A program made the position numbers and the translations under genes. The notes beneath the pieces were generated by a model. The model had not been told where the DNA came from. It saw only the letters and a program-made list of their open reading frames with translations, and did no database searches. From NCBI RefSeq assembly GCF_006345805.1, contig NC_042997.1, forward strand, positions 135,284,001 to 135,348,000: a stretch of DNA of 64,000 bases, in the 5' to 3' direction. Positions 25,900 to 38,610 of the stretch are shown here, piece by piece. This DNA comes from Octopus sinensis (Eukaryota). Within the stretch, counting starts at the first letter, position 1; every line of letters starts with the position of its first letter.

Positions 25900-27310
25900 T
25901 ACCATTCTTCGAGCTTTCCGTCATCTCCAGTCCGACCCGTCCACTTCACACCTCTTCCCTAACCGACCCCTCCCCTCTTTCAAACGAGTCCACAACCTTC
26001 GAGACCTTTTGGTCCATAGCTCCTTCCCTGACCCTACCTCCCAACCCGGCTCGTTCCCCTGCTCCCGCCCACGTTGCCGCACTTGCCCTTACCTCTCCAA
26101 CACCACCCTCCTCACTAGCACCCATCATCGACCCTATCCCATCATCCACTCCTTCACCTGCACCTCCAGAAATATATCTATTGCGTCTCTTGCTCTCTCT
26201 GCCATTCCTTGTACATCGGACAAACGGGACGCCGCTTGGCTGACCAGTTCGCGGAACACTTCGTGACATCCACCTTGCGAACGACACACCGGTCTCTCGC
26301 CATTTCCGCTCCACCGGTCACTCCTTGCAACACCTATCTGTGTTCGGTTTGTCCTTACACAGAGGCATCCGGATTCCGTTTGCGCGTCGCCGTGAACAGG
26401 AATTAATCTTCTCTCTTCGCTCTTATACGCCATTTGGTCTCAACTCCCCCCCCCTCTCATCTAACCCCCTCTCCCCCTCCTCACCTACCTTTCCCCCCCC
26501 GACCCTATACTCTTTCAGTCTTCGTCCTTTCACCCCTACTTCCCTTCCCTTCTTCCTCTCTTTCTCCCTCCCTCCTTCCCTCTTCCCCTCCTCTGCTCCC
26601 TCACTCCCCTTCTCTCTTCCCCCTCTCCCTCTTTCCTCCTTCCTCCTCCCTTTCTCCTCCCCTCCTCCTCCCCCTCTTCTCTCCCCACTCTCCCCCTCTC
26701 CCCCTCTCCCCCCTCCCCCCTTCTCCCTTCTCCACACTACACCACACGACTTTACACATCACATCATATATGATGTGCCATACTAATACACCAACTAATA
26801 CATACTAATACATACTAATACATACCCCAACCCTATACGTACACACGTCCAGACCTCTCATACGCACTAATACTCTCTCATAGACAACACACACACACAC
26901 ACCCTTATACATACTAATACACACTAATAATACACCAACCCTATACATACAACACGTCCAGACCTCTCATACGCACTAATACTCTCTCATACACACACAC
27001 ACACACACCCTTATGTTGGAGCTGGTCACTCAACCCATTATCTCCCCTAATTTCGCTCTCGGTCTCATGTTTGATCTTTGACTTCTGGCCGAAATCAGAT
27101 CGCCATGTTGATTCGTTAGTTACTGCACGAATTTTTTTTTCTCTTCTTTCTGTTTTTTTTTCTCTCCGTGTATCTTTCTGTTGAAGAGCGTAGGCTCGAA
27201 ACGTTAAAGACTTGTTTTATTTATATTTCCTGAGCGCCATACTAATACAATTGTTTGTTTGTTTTCCACCTGCCTTCGTCTTTTGTCTATTTTCATAAAG
27301 CTTCCCGTTA
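25900..27310 (+). mobile_element. Penelope-like element 3' fragment (Neptune-like GIY-YIG) with 3' UTR and terminal segment
   Basis: NLRDLLVHS...PCSRPRCRTCPYL...FTCTSRN...YIGQTGRRLADQFAEH...VSRHF..GH...RRREQELIFSLRSYTPFGLN across frameshifts. Then a pyrimidine tract, a ~110-bp tandem duplication (26800-27012), an HHR motif and (TA)n. Confidence 0.88.
27173..27211 (+). ncRNA. Minimal type I hammerhead motif, core variant
   Basis: tcttt-CTGTTGA-a gagc gtag gctc-GAAAC-GTT-aaaga. Stem I is tcttt/aaaga and stem III is the minimal AC/GU; A6 is replaced by U. Confidence 0.6.
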
Positions 27311-27423
27311 TATATAATATATATATATAAAATATTATTCGAGACAAAACCACTATTTGCAAAACAAAACAGGAAAGACTTATCAATACATAAATAAAAT
27401 TTTAATAAATGTCAAAAAAACCG

Positions 27424-27466
27424 CCACTAACAATCGTTTTTGTCTTGATCGACAATCTTCAGGTGG
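27424..27466 (-). ncRNA. Decayed hammerhead (left-arm copy of 29107-29149)
   Basis: ccac-CTGAAGA-ttgtc gatcaa gacaa-AAAC-gatt-GTTA-gtgg; the G of GAAA is lost. Confidence 0.6.
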
Positions 27467-29106
27467 ACTTCCAATCTAAAAAATCACTATTTTAAAAAAT
27501 AAAAATAATAATTTTTAAATAATTAAAGTATGAATGAAAAATATAAGTATATAATCCATATATAACCTAAACATCTATAATCCATATATAATCAATATAT
27601 AAACAATATATAAACTAAAAAAACCTATCAACAATAAAAATATAAAATATAAAATATAAAATATAAAATATAAAATATAAAACAAAAAAAAAATAATCAT
27701 AATATAATAATAAACTATATATACACCCATACGCATATACCTAATTATATTAACCATATCTAACTACATACACTAAATCACACACTATATATATATATCC
27801 TATACATACACATAAAATGTCTAGGCAACTATAAATAATAAAATAGCTAAAACTTCAACACAATACTTATTCATACTCCCACACACACACACATACAACC
27901 CACATTCACGCTCTAGAAAACGGACATCACTCAAAACTATGAACGGAGAAATAGAATAAATGGAATTAAAAATGATATTCACTTGGTAAAACGAACACTA
28001 CTTAAAAATTATGAATGAAACAATGCAATAAAACAACAGACATCGCAAATAGACCACAAATTACTACAAATTACTTATCAAACCTACCATGATAACCAAA
28101 ACTCATAAAAATATAATGATAAAATCTCCCTTTACTAAACTCTATAACAAACCTATATGCATCCCCCTAACCTAAACATTCACACACAAATACACACACG
28201 TAAACCACACACCCACGACATATACAATACCCACACCACTTACACATACCAATACATACATATAAACCTCAACAATATCTCCAAAATCCCACTCACCCCA
28301 CACAGACAAATAAACACAAAAATTATGAATGGATTCTTTTATAAAACTACATGATAAGCTAAAACTCACAAAACAGAAATGATAAAACCTCCCTTTACTA
28401 AACACTAAAACATACTTATATAGCAATTCCTTTAACCTATACATTCACACACAAAACCACTCGTAAACCACCCACCCATAAACAAATACAAACTCCCCCC
28501 CACTCACATACACCCACAAGTACATATAAGCTCAACATATACACCAAACAAAATTACTTTACCAAGGAACTTACAACATATATATAAAAAGTATAACCGC
28601 TCTGGAAACGAACATCTCTAAATAATGAATGAAAGAAGAAATGGAATAAATGGAATAAAAATAAAAATTCACGTGGCAAAAACGAACACCACTCAAAAAT
28701 TATGAATGAAACAATATAATAAAACAACCAACATCTTAGCTATTTTATTTATTTATAGTTGCCTAGACATTTTTATGTGTATGTATAGGGATATATATAT
28801 AGGTGTGTGATTAGTGTATGTAGTTAGATATGGTTATATATAATTAGGTATATGCGTATGGGTGTATATAATAGTTTATATTATATTATTATTATTTTTT
28901 TGTTTTTTTATATTTTATATTTTATATTTTATATTTTATATTTTATTGTTGATAGGTTTTTTTAGTTTATATATTGTTTATATTGATTATATATGGATTA
29001 TAGAAGGTTATATATGGATTATATACTTATTTTTTTTCATTCATACTTTAATTATTTTAAAATTATTATTTTTATTTTTTAAAATATTGATTTTTAGATT
29101 GGAAGT

Positions 29107-29149
29107 CCACCTGAAGATTGTCGATCAAGACAAGAAACGATTGTAGTGG
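29107..29149 (+). ncRNA. Canonical type I hammerhead ribozyme motif
   Basis: ccac-CTGAAGA-ttgtc gatcaa gacaa-GAAA-c gatt g-TA-gtgg. All core nucleotides are present, stem II has 5 bp, stem I is ccac/gtgg, and the predicted cut is after GUA at 29145. Confidence 0.85.
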
Positions 29150-29324
29150 CGGTTTTTTTGACTATTTATTAAAATTTTATGTATTGATTAAGTCTTTCCT
29201 TGTTTGTTTTGCAAAATAGTGGTTTTGTCTCGAATAATATTTTATAATATTTTACTATAAAACGATTTAATCCTAAATCTGATTTTTTTTCCCTGTAAAT
29301 TGGATTTATTCCCTAATATTTATT

Positions 29325-29378
<54 letters not shown>

Positions 29379-29383
29379 TATAA

Positions 29384-29427
<44 letters not shown>

Positions 29428-29445
29428 TATAATTAATATATAGTG

Positions 29446-29773
29446 AAAGCGCATGGGTCAGTGGTTAGAGCTTCGAGCTAACAATCATGAATTAGTGATT
29501 TTGATTCGCGGAGCGTGCTGTGTATTGTGTTCTTGAGCAAGACACCTTATTTCTCTTTGCTCCAGTTAACTCAATAGTAAAAAGTAGTTGCGACGTCACT
29601 GGTGCCAAGCTGTCTCTGCCTTTACCTTTTATTTGGATAACATCGGTGGCATAGGGATGGGAGGCTGGTATGCATGGACAACGGCTAGCCTTCCACAAAC
29701 AACTTTGCCCAGACTTGTACATTGGAGGGTAGCTGTCTAGGTGCAATCCCATGATCATTCCTGACCAAAGGGG
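29446..29773 (+). mobile_element. tRNA-derived CORE-like SINE
   Basis: Homologous to 2851-3176; head gcgcatgggtcagtggttagag, then ttcttgagcaagacac. Confidence 0.8.
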
Positions 29774-30399
29774 TTCTTCACAATATACTTAAGCAACTCA
29801 ATTAAGGGTACCTTAGGATTTAAAATCGACATTTGTTGATAATTATTCGATGCCCCCGATTCTTATGGATGTATCATCCCCTTCAAATATGTTTCAAAAG
29901 GACAGAATTGGCAAGGGGACATAACCTTATTTCTATTTAGGTAAAAATATTCTTATTAAAATGTTGTGTCTGGGGAGAGTCATTTTCGTTTTGTGCCGTA
30001 GGAAAATAAAAATAAGAAATAAGTGGAAATTTACCGGTGAGTGTGTAAATAATAAGGCACAAAAAGAAAATGACTCTCCCCAGACACAACAGAATATGCT
30101 TCAACACACGAACTCATATAAAGAATCTTGCAAAAACCAAATCCAAAAACGAAATATTAAAATGTTGTTCGGTTGACTAGGCCCATGCTTGCTTGTTTAT
30201 ATTGTGTATGTGCTTGTGCAGTTAGTGCACGTACTCTGCGCACTTGTCTGTTAGCATTGTTACATATTATTTGTAGACCGTTATGGGTATAGGCTGAGGT
30301 ATATGCGTGCGTGTCTGTGTGTGTGTGTGCGTGCGTGTGTGCGTGCGTCTGTATGCATGTATAGTATTGAAGTTGTGTGGCTATTCCACAATAGTTTTC

Positions 30400-31270
30400 T
30401 ACAGTGTAGGACTAAATGTAGAAACATCCTCTGAATATTTCATTCTTATTGTTCATGTATAATTTTGAATTTTAATCCCCGTAGTATCCGGAACTACTTA
30501 GGCAGAGAGCAAATTTATTTCTTCCTCTGATATACGACCTAGATCTCTCGAGAATTTTCCATTTGATGTAATAAGCTATTCCATTTTTTTTTTAAATTCC
30601 CAGACTCTCTTCACAAAAGACGTTGTTGTCCTCTTTTTCTAGATGTTTAAATGACGCAATATGTGAGCAGTTTATTTGCTTACATCGATCTTGTATTATA
30701 CCCACATATTATTTTCCGTTTTCTGCTTGACTGGCTTCATCTGGTTTAATGGTAACTCCATACACTATAGACTTCACATTATATTCTTTTTGTAGCAGAC
30801 TATTGTCCTTTATCCTAAAGGAACATCCTGAGTTTTGTACGGATTTTACTTCCTGAGTGATTTTCAGCCTCATGGAAGGTCAGCAAGAATAGCTGGTTTT
30901 CAGTAAATGCGTACAGGATATCTTACTATACTTGAGTGGGGAAATGATTATCTGTTGGTTATAAAAAAAAATTTTAGTCTTCACATTTAGGGGAAGGGAA
31001 GCGTGAACCAGGAAATATTCTTAGTTCTGATTTTGTTTTTGTCACGTGATTTAGGGTTAGGCACATACTTAATGTTATCATTAAAGCCGCTATCTTCAAG
31101 TGCTTTATTATAATATGTTGCTTTATCAAATATTTCTGTAAATGAAGATAAGCAGGAGATTCTATGTTTGATGTGGGGGACATGGTTTTTAAAGGCAATG
31201 GGTAGGTGACAGAATCTTTTAATTCTGTATCTTAGCTTTTCATTAATTTTGAGATTTGGTTTATAAGCAG
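30400..31270 (-). mobile_element. Penelope-like element fragment (RT thumb/linker + GIY-YIG, Naiad-like), decayed
   Basis: HRISCLSSFTEIFDKA..Y.KALEDSGF..NI...RTKNISWFTLPF, then KSIVYGVTI...YVG...HIASFKH...WKILERS...ALCL. Confidence 0.75.
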
Positions 31271-31582
31271 GAAAAACAAGAGCAGAAGGGACATGAAGAG
31301 GAGGGGAAGGAAAAGGAGGAGGAAGAGAAGATTGGTACTGTTTGTCGCATTGATGGTGGAAGTAGGTAGTGATGATGCTGGTGATGAGGATCATTATGCA
31401 GTGTAAATGGATCACAATTGTACAAAATGTCACGTAACAGACGTCATAGAAATTAACCTTTCATTGGCAACATCACCATAATCACAACGATCGCCATCAT
31501 ATTATTACTGTTTTTCACCAAATTACAGTCTTCATCGTAATTATACTGAATTCATCATCATAGCTATCATCATCACATCATC

Positions 31583-31614
<32 letters not shown>

Positions 31615-31892
31615 CATTGACTGCAATTAAAATAGCAGAAGAGCGAGAAACAAAAAAAAAACCTTCATAAAATTAGATGAAATCTAACTATTTTAACAAT
31701 AATTTTTTTAAAAAATAATTATCAGTAAACGTTCTCTTGGTAAACAGCAACAACAACAGCAACAGCAGTTATTTCCATATCCTCCACTGTGACAGTACTA
31801 GCAGCAGCAGATATCAGCGAAATGTGATTTTCTATATAAATTCACCCCTTCATCTGCTTCATTTTTTAGCATCAGCATTATCATCATCGTCG

Positions 31893-32430
31893 AAGTTCTT
31901 CTTCTTCTTCTTCTTCTTCTTCTTCTTCTTCTTCTTCTTTTTCTTCTTCTTCTTCTTCTTCTTCTTCTTCTTCTTCTTCTTCTTCCTTCTCCTCCTTCTT
32001 CTTTCTTCTTCTTTCTTCTTCTTCTTTTCTCCTTCTCGCTCTCTTCTTTTCTTCTTCTTCTTTCTTCCTTCTTCTTCTTCCTTTCTTTCTTCCTTTCTTC
32101 TTCTTCTTCTTCTTCTTCTTCTTCTCCTTCTCCTCCTCCTTCTTCTTCTTCTTCTTCACCCCTGCTTCTCCTCCCCTCTTCATTTTCTTCCTCCTCTTCC
32201 TCTTCCTCCCCCTCTTCATTTTCTTCTTTTCTTCCTCCTCCTCTTCTCCTTTTTCTTCCTCATCATCATAATCATCATCATCGTCGTCATCATCATCTTC
32301 TCTTCTCCTCTTCCTCCTTCTTCTTCTTCTTCTTCTTCTTCTTCTCCTTCTTTTACTTCATCTTCTTCTTCCTTCCTTCCTTCCTTCCTTCATTCCTTCC
32401 TTCCTTCTTTCCATCCTTCCTCCTCCTCCA
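31893..32430. repeat. (CTT)n/(CCT)n/(CAT)n low-complexity tract
   Basis: Directly visible; source of the poly-F/K/E ORFs. Confidence 0.95.
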
Positions 32431-32520
32431 TCGGTTGTCGTTGTTGTCGTTGACCGAAGCAACGATAGCATCAATACTTATTATGAACTTACAGAAAGAA
32501 TATAACTAATCACACACACA

Positions 32521-32555
<35 letters not shown>

Positions 32556-33107
32556 CAACATTTGTATTTTGGCAGTGGTGGTGGTCTTGGTAGTGGTGAA
32601 ACGTAGTAGAATCATAATGCGGAGGATGAGGATCACAATCATAACCATCATCATTATCAACAACAGCAAACGCAAAATTCAGATTTACAACAAAAACAGT
32701 AACTACAACGGAACGCTACTAACTGGAGAGAAACAAATAAAAGGTATCAATGTTTTTTAATGCGATTTCCTATGAAGTATGCTGGTATTTTGAAGGCATT
32801 AGAAATTTAATATCTTACAGTCAAAGTGATAAAAGGAACATAAAGATTGTGATTTTTTATTCCTGGAATTCTGGAAGCTGAACTTAACGGTTTTAGAATA
32901 GTGGTTAAACGAATTTCAACGAAGATCAAAGGGAAGAATATAGTTGATATGAAATATAAGGATGTTTGCAAGAGAAAAGAAAAAAAGGGAGCAAAAAATA
33001 TCAACATGCTGAATGTTATTACATCTTGGCAGAAATCTGATTATATATATTTTTATATACATATAAATACTCACACACACAAACGCAAATATATATGTAT
33101 ATGTATA

Positions 33108-33164
<57 letters not shown>

Positions 33165-34076
33165 GTGTGTGTGTGTGTGTGTGTGTCTGTGTGTGTGTGT
33201 GTGTGTATTCCTAGAGTAATTTTTAAACAGAATATCAAATTATATTCAGAATTCTGTACGAAATAGATGTTCATTCGTTCATAATTCAGGAAACTGTTTC
33301 TCCCTTCCTTCTTATTAATAGATTGGCATTCTCCTTGCGGCTTTGGTAAAAGCCATTTTATCAAGTTAAAGGAAATAGGAACAACATAAACCTAGCTGTA
33401 AAGAAGAGTTTTGTTGACTATAGACCCTTATCTCGTTCTAGCGTTTTCTCATCGCCCTTTTGCCAAAGATTCAGCAACCATTGCAAAGATTTACTGTCCT
33501 CTCCTTTTTAATGTATATGCACACAATATCCTACCAGAGTAATTTTGTTTTGGATATTAGTATGGCGCGAGTGATGACCTACCACAAAACTACCCCACTT
33601 TAAATGAACATTTGACTCATCATTACATGCCGTTATTTATTAACACGTTTCTTCAACCAAACACAGGTACAATTTGGGTTTTACGTTTGTCCTTGTAGCT
33701 ACCAATTAAATTTATCTTTGTGTTCCAATTTATAGTCATATTTTCCACTTAGTTCACACACACATATTCTAATTTCTCTGCTCATTTGTAAGATTAACAT
33801 ATGCCTGCTACAGATATGTTGAGATTTACAAATGATTCAAAGAAAATTTTAAGCATGCGCATTTGTGTGTAGGTGTAGGTGTGTGTGTGTGCATGTGAGT
33901 GTGCTTGCCTGTTTGTGCTTGTGTGTATATATATATATATATGTATATTCTCATCCAAGTCGGAGACAAGTTTCACTTTTCCACGTGTCAGGCTTGATCA
34001 TTTTTGAGAAGTTTCTCTCAGCATGAAACCAATAGCTATCCTGTTAACCCACACATAAAGCATAAAGCTAGAGAGC

Positions 34077-34109
<33 letters not shown>

Positions 34110-34327
34110 CGTGTGTGTGCGCGTGTGTGCGTGTGTGTGTATCACAGTTACAACAGCGAAAGCTCATTACGTCATTTTCTCTAAACTAGAATGTGTACTT
34201 TCCACGTTCATATCTGAATTTTTGGCGTTTCAATATTTTTCTCTGATTTTACTGATTCTCGAGTTTGTTGGACATATAGCAGTACGTAAGCCGACTCAAG
34301 AAATCTTGAGTGAGACATTTTATTGAT

Positions 34328-34371
34328 GTACATGAAGAGACTCAAAACGGGTCGAAACACATGTGTTGCAC
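34328..34371 (+). ncRNA. Decayed hammerhead motif
   Basis: gtac-ATGAAGA-gactc aaaac gggtc-GAAA-cacatgtg-TT-gcac. Perfect palindromic stem III (ACACATGTGT); C3 appears mutated. Confidence 0.5.
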
Positions 34372-34739
34372 TTGATAAAGTCTATTACACATTCCATCTC
34401 CAATTTTATTAATACTGTTACCCAAACTGCCACTACGAAGTTCCTGCAATAAATCTACTGATAACAGCACAAGTAATAGAAACTGTGTCGGTGCTCTACT
34501 CATCATCTATTTATATATTTTATTCAATTTCTCCGTTATATATATATCAAATGCTGATTGCATCGATAACCAGCTACAGGAGGCGTCCCCTTGGGGTTAA
34601 AACAATTGTATTAACGTCAATTGCATTAATTGTATTAACGCTATGTTGAAGTGGCGACAAACATTACTTCTCAGTATAGCTACTACTTTTATCTAGTATA
34701 AAAATTCCCTAACTAGCTACTTTGCGCGTTACACACACA

Positions 34740-34801
<62 letters not shown>

Positions 34802-35126
34802 CATACACATGAATGCTAGTTTATGTGTTTTTGTATAATATAAGCAATTTTACATTAGCAAAGTTTATTTGCCAACACAATATGGCGGTCCCATAAAGGG
34901 CGATGTCCTTTATATCTCTGGTTGAGAGATTTAAAATTAATTTAAAGTTGTTTTCTCTATAAATTTACAATAATCTGGTGCGTTATACTTTTCTTTAGTT
35001 AAGTACAAAATTATTATCCTTAAGCAAGAATCTTATTGCGAATCACTTAGCGGAAACTTCGAGGTCACTATCAATAAGTTTCTTGTTTAAGATTTATATG
35101 CATACATACATATATACATGCATACA

Positions 35127-35215
<89 letters not shown>

Positions 35216-35702
35216 ACCCCCTCTCTCTGCCCCTCATTTAGGCTCTTTCACTACATACCTGGCACTCCAATACGCTATACAATCTTATATATCTCTCTCT
35301 CTCTGTTACCCATCACACTCCATTCCTGCTATCTAACACACCTTTACTCTTTACCCTCTCATCTTTTAATACTCTCATATCTTTCTCTCTCTATCGCCCT
35401 CACCTCCTCATTCCTACTATCAATTTATCTTGACTGGCCACTAACCAGTACACTTTCCCTCCCTGCATCTCTTTATTATTTCTCTTCCCGCTTTTCTGTT
35501 TTTCTTTTCTTTATTCCTCCCTTTCTGTCTTCGATTTGACCTTACAAATACATTCCCAACTTTTAAGTCACTCGATTCAATAACACTGTGTACAAACTCT
35601 ATACTTGGAATGACCAATTTTAAATGACCAAGGTATACCATTCTGCCTAAATAACGGATCTACAGATGGAATAAACCTGCATATCTCACGTCTATTTTCA
35701 TT

Positions 35703-36150
35703 CATGTTCCGCTTCTTATTATCGCAACAGGCATGAATGCATCTGTGGCTTACGATTTTCAAATTTAATTGCTAATACCTTTTTATTTGTTTTATAGCGA
35801 AAATTGCTTGCACGACATCAATTAGCCTATGATGGTGTATCATTACACTGAATATGAAATCAATTGTAACAGAATTGATGTCGGCAGCCAAACCGTAAAG
35901 ATCCCAAAACTATATGTCTAATATTAAACGTTATTGTTTTATTTGTTTCAGTCATTTGACTGCGGCTATGCTGGAGAACCGTCTTCAAAGATTTGAGTCG
36001 AAAAAATCGACACCAGGACCTCTTCTTTGTAAGCCTAGTACTTATTCTATCGGTTACTTTTGCCGAACTGCTAAGTTACAGGGACACAAACACTCCAGTA
36101 TCAGTTGTCAAGAGGTGGCGAGGGGACAAACACACACACACTCACACACA
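35703..36150. repeat. Local duplication unit, copy 1 (about 230 bp of non-SINE DNA plus an adjacent SINE)
   Basis: catgttccgc...atcgcaacaggcatgaatg...gttattgttttatttgtttcagtc is also at 38200-38610, with the SINE at the same junction. Confidence 0.85.
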
Positions 36151-36171
36151 CACACACACACAAACACCCCC

Positions 36172-36212
<41 letters not shown>

Positions 36213-36468
36213 TATGGAGAGAAGACAAAGAGAGCGACAGAAAGATGCCTTGCTTTTAGAATACGAATGATTGATTAGCGAATGTCAAATTAAATTTGAT
36301 TAAACTATATTTATGCGATATGTGTGTATATATATATATATGTGTGTGTGTGTAAGTATGTATCTGTGTGTATATACATATACACACACAACATAAATAG
36401 ACGCATATTCATATTTGTACACATGTACACGCACGCACAAGCACATACACGCGCGCATATATATATAT

Positions 36469-36510
<42 letters not shown>

Positions 36511-36874
36511 TGGCAGTAATACATATCTAATCCACAAAATTCAACATAGTCATAATGAGATAACTTTCACTAAAAGTGCTCATTTAATATTCATAAGATT
36601 ATGAATTACTTGCAGCTGCGGCAGAACTTTATAGGAACGAAGCCACGTTCATATCTGAATTTTTGGCGTTTCAATATTTTTCTCTGATTTTACTGATTCT
36701 CGAGTTTGTTGGACATATAGCAGTACGTAAGCCGACTCAAAAAATCTCGAGAAACCTCGAATATGAGATATATAAGGAAATATGCGTAATCTTAGTTAGT
36801 AACTAATATTTTTGCTACAAAACCTTTTCTTTCAAGTTAAAAGGAGGGATTATGTAAATTATATATTTTTTTCT

Positions 36875-37190
36875 CTCTAGTTGCAGCTCAGAGCTGTGGC
36901 CACGCTGATGTACCGCCGTTTTGCTACATTGTTATTACTAAGAGCCTCCTCTAATATGTGGTACTTTGTGAAGAATGGAGTTTGATATAGCTACCCTCAT
37001 TTGCACCTCTTGCCGTGAGGTAGATCCATCTGGGACTCTCGACAGGAAGAGGTCCAGCTTTGATTTAAAAACCCCTATATCTACTTTGTGCAAGTACCTC
37101 AGACTCTTTGGGAGAATATTAAAAAAGCTGTGGGCCCTTGAAACACAGGCTGTTGCAGTAACTGGTCCTGAAGCGTGATGGCATTGCTGG
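36875..37190 (-). mobile_element. CR1-type LINE 3' end
   Basis: SLCFKGPQLFNILPKSLRYLHKVDIGVFKSKLDLFLSRVPD...SNSI, followed by a 3' tail ggcggtacatcagcgtggccacagctctgagctgcaactag. Confidence 0.75.
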
Positions 37191-38152
37191 GATTTTTAAC
37201 TTGAGAAGAAAACATCTATTACTTTCTTGGTGAGAACAAAATTAGAATATTATTGGTTTGGCTGTCAGCATTTCAAAAATTAAAGTATACCAACAATTTT
37301 CAAATTTGGCACAGTAATACAGATGACCAAACTGAATTGCTGGAGTTATTTTATTTTTTCTAGAAAAAAATATTTTTAAAATGTTATAGAGGTTTAAATC
37401 ACTTTCCACCCACTCAGGAAACAGGATATGGAAACTGTCATATTTTGCGTAACTGCACATTTTCTCATCAACATCCTGAAAATAGTATGTGTTCTCAATA
37501 TTTGTAAACAACACATGTTATGTTTCTGGTAATTTTCTTTCATGTAAATAAATGTTTATGTTAATCTAAAAAGATTTACCCCAAAAATCTTATTTAGCTG
37601 TTTTTTAGTACACAACACGACCACCTCAATGCTTAATGACAAAAAGAAACGAGGCAACATACATTTAAGCATTCAATATTCATTTAAGGCAAAAGTGATA
37701 AACAACAAGTTACATGCAATAAACAAGTTACAATTTTTAATAGAAAGATTTGGAAGAATTAAATGAAAGTTCTCCGGTAATTTTCTTTTGTGGAAATAAA
37801 TGCTTAAGTTAATTTTAAAATTTGCCAAGAAATCTTGTAAAATGACAAAGTTCCAAAAGATGTACATGTTCATATGTTATATGTGAAAATAAGTGTGAAT
37901 AATATATGCTAAAAAAGCAAGTGTTTAAGCATGCAATAAGCAACACATTACAAAATAGTTTTACCTGAATGTATTTCTAACTATCGGTTTTAATTTCAAA
38001 AATATCCTCCTGTTTCCAATGTTTCCATAATAGAAACGAAGTTACTGGAGCTTGTTCCCATAATCATACAGAACACGAAACACGGCGTCAAATTTGTCAA
38101 CACGTGCTCCCTCGCAGATAAAAGAATTTTCAAAGACTGCTCGGTTTCACTT

Positions 38153-38166
38153 GTTACTATGGCAAC
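38153..38166. promoter_or_regulatory. Candidate RFX X-box
   Basis: GTTACTATGGCAAC is close to the consensus GTTGCCATGGCAAC. A CACGTG E-box lies at 38101-38106 in a locally CpG-richer patch. Confidence 0.3.
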
Positions 38167-38199
38167 AAGCACTCGCTTTCTAGCAGACAGAAGAGTTCT

Positions 38200-38610
38200 C
38201 ATGTTCCGCTTTTTATCGCAACAGGCATGAATGTGTCAGTGGCTTACGATTTTCAAACTTAATTGCTAATACCTATTTATTTATTGTTTTATGGCGAAAA
38301 TTGCTTGCACGTCATCAATTAGCCTATGATAGTATATCACTACACTGAATATGAAATCGATTGTAACAGAATTGATGTTGGCATCAAACCGACAAGATCC
38401 CCAAAACTATGTCTAATATAAATGTTATTGTTTTATTTGTTTCAGTCATCTGACTGCGGCCATGCTGGAGCACCGCCTTCAAAGATTTGACTCGAACAAA
38501 TCGACCCCAGGAATTCTCATTTGTAAGCATGGTATTTTTCATCGGTTACTTTTGCCGAACCGCTAAGTTACAGGGACACAAACACACATACACACACACT
38601 CACACTCTCG
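38200..38610. repeat. Local duplication unit, copy 2
   Basis: Diverged copy of 35703-36150, roughly 85-90% identical by eye. Confidence 0.85.

Larger units (their letters stand above)
27325..29250. mobile_element. Non-coding inverted-repeat element (about 520-bp arms, about 880-bp A/C-rich spacer with internal tandem repeats), HHR in each arm
   Basis: 27325-27850 is the reverse complement of 28735-29250 with some indels. Spacer repeats: 27905-28045 ~ 28600-28735, and 28100-28270 ~ 28360-28535. Confidence 0.8.

Noticed and set aside
37242-37514. ORF DVDEKMCSYAKYDSFHILFPEW... after a ttttcAG acceptor (minus, 37475) as a host exon
   Set aside because: No good donor site and no recognisable protein similarity; it cannot be supported without RNA data.
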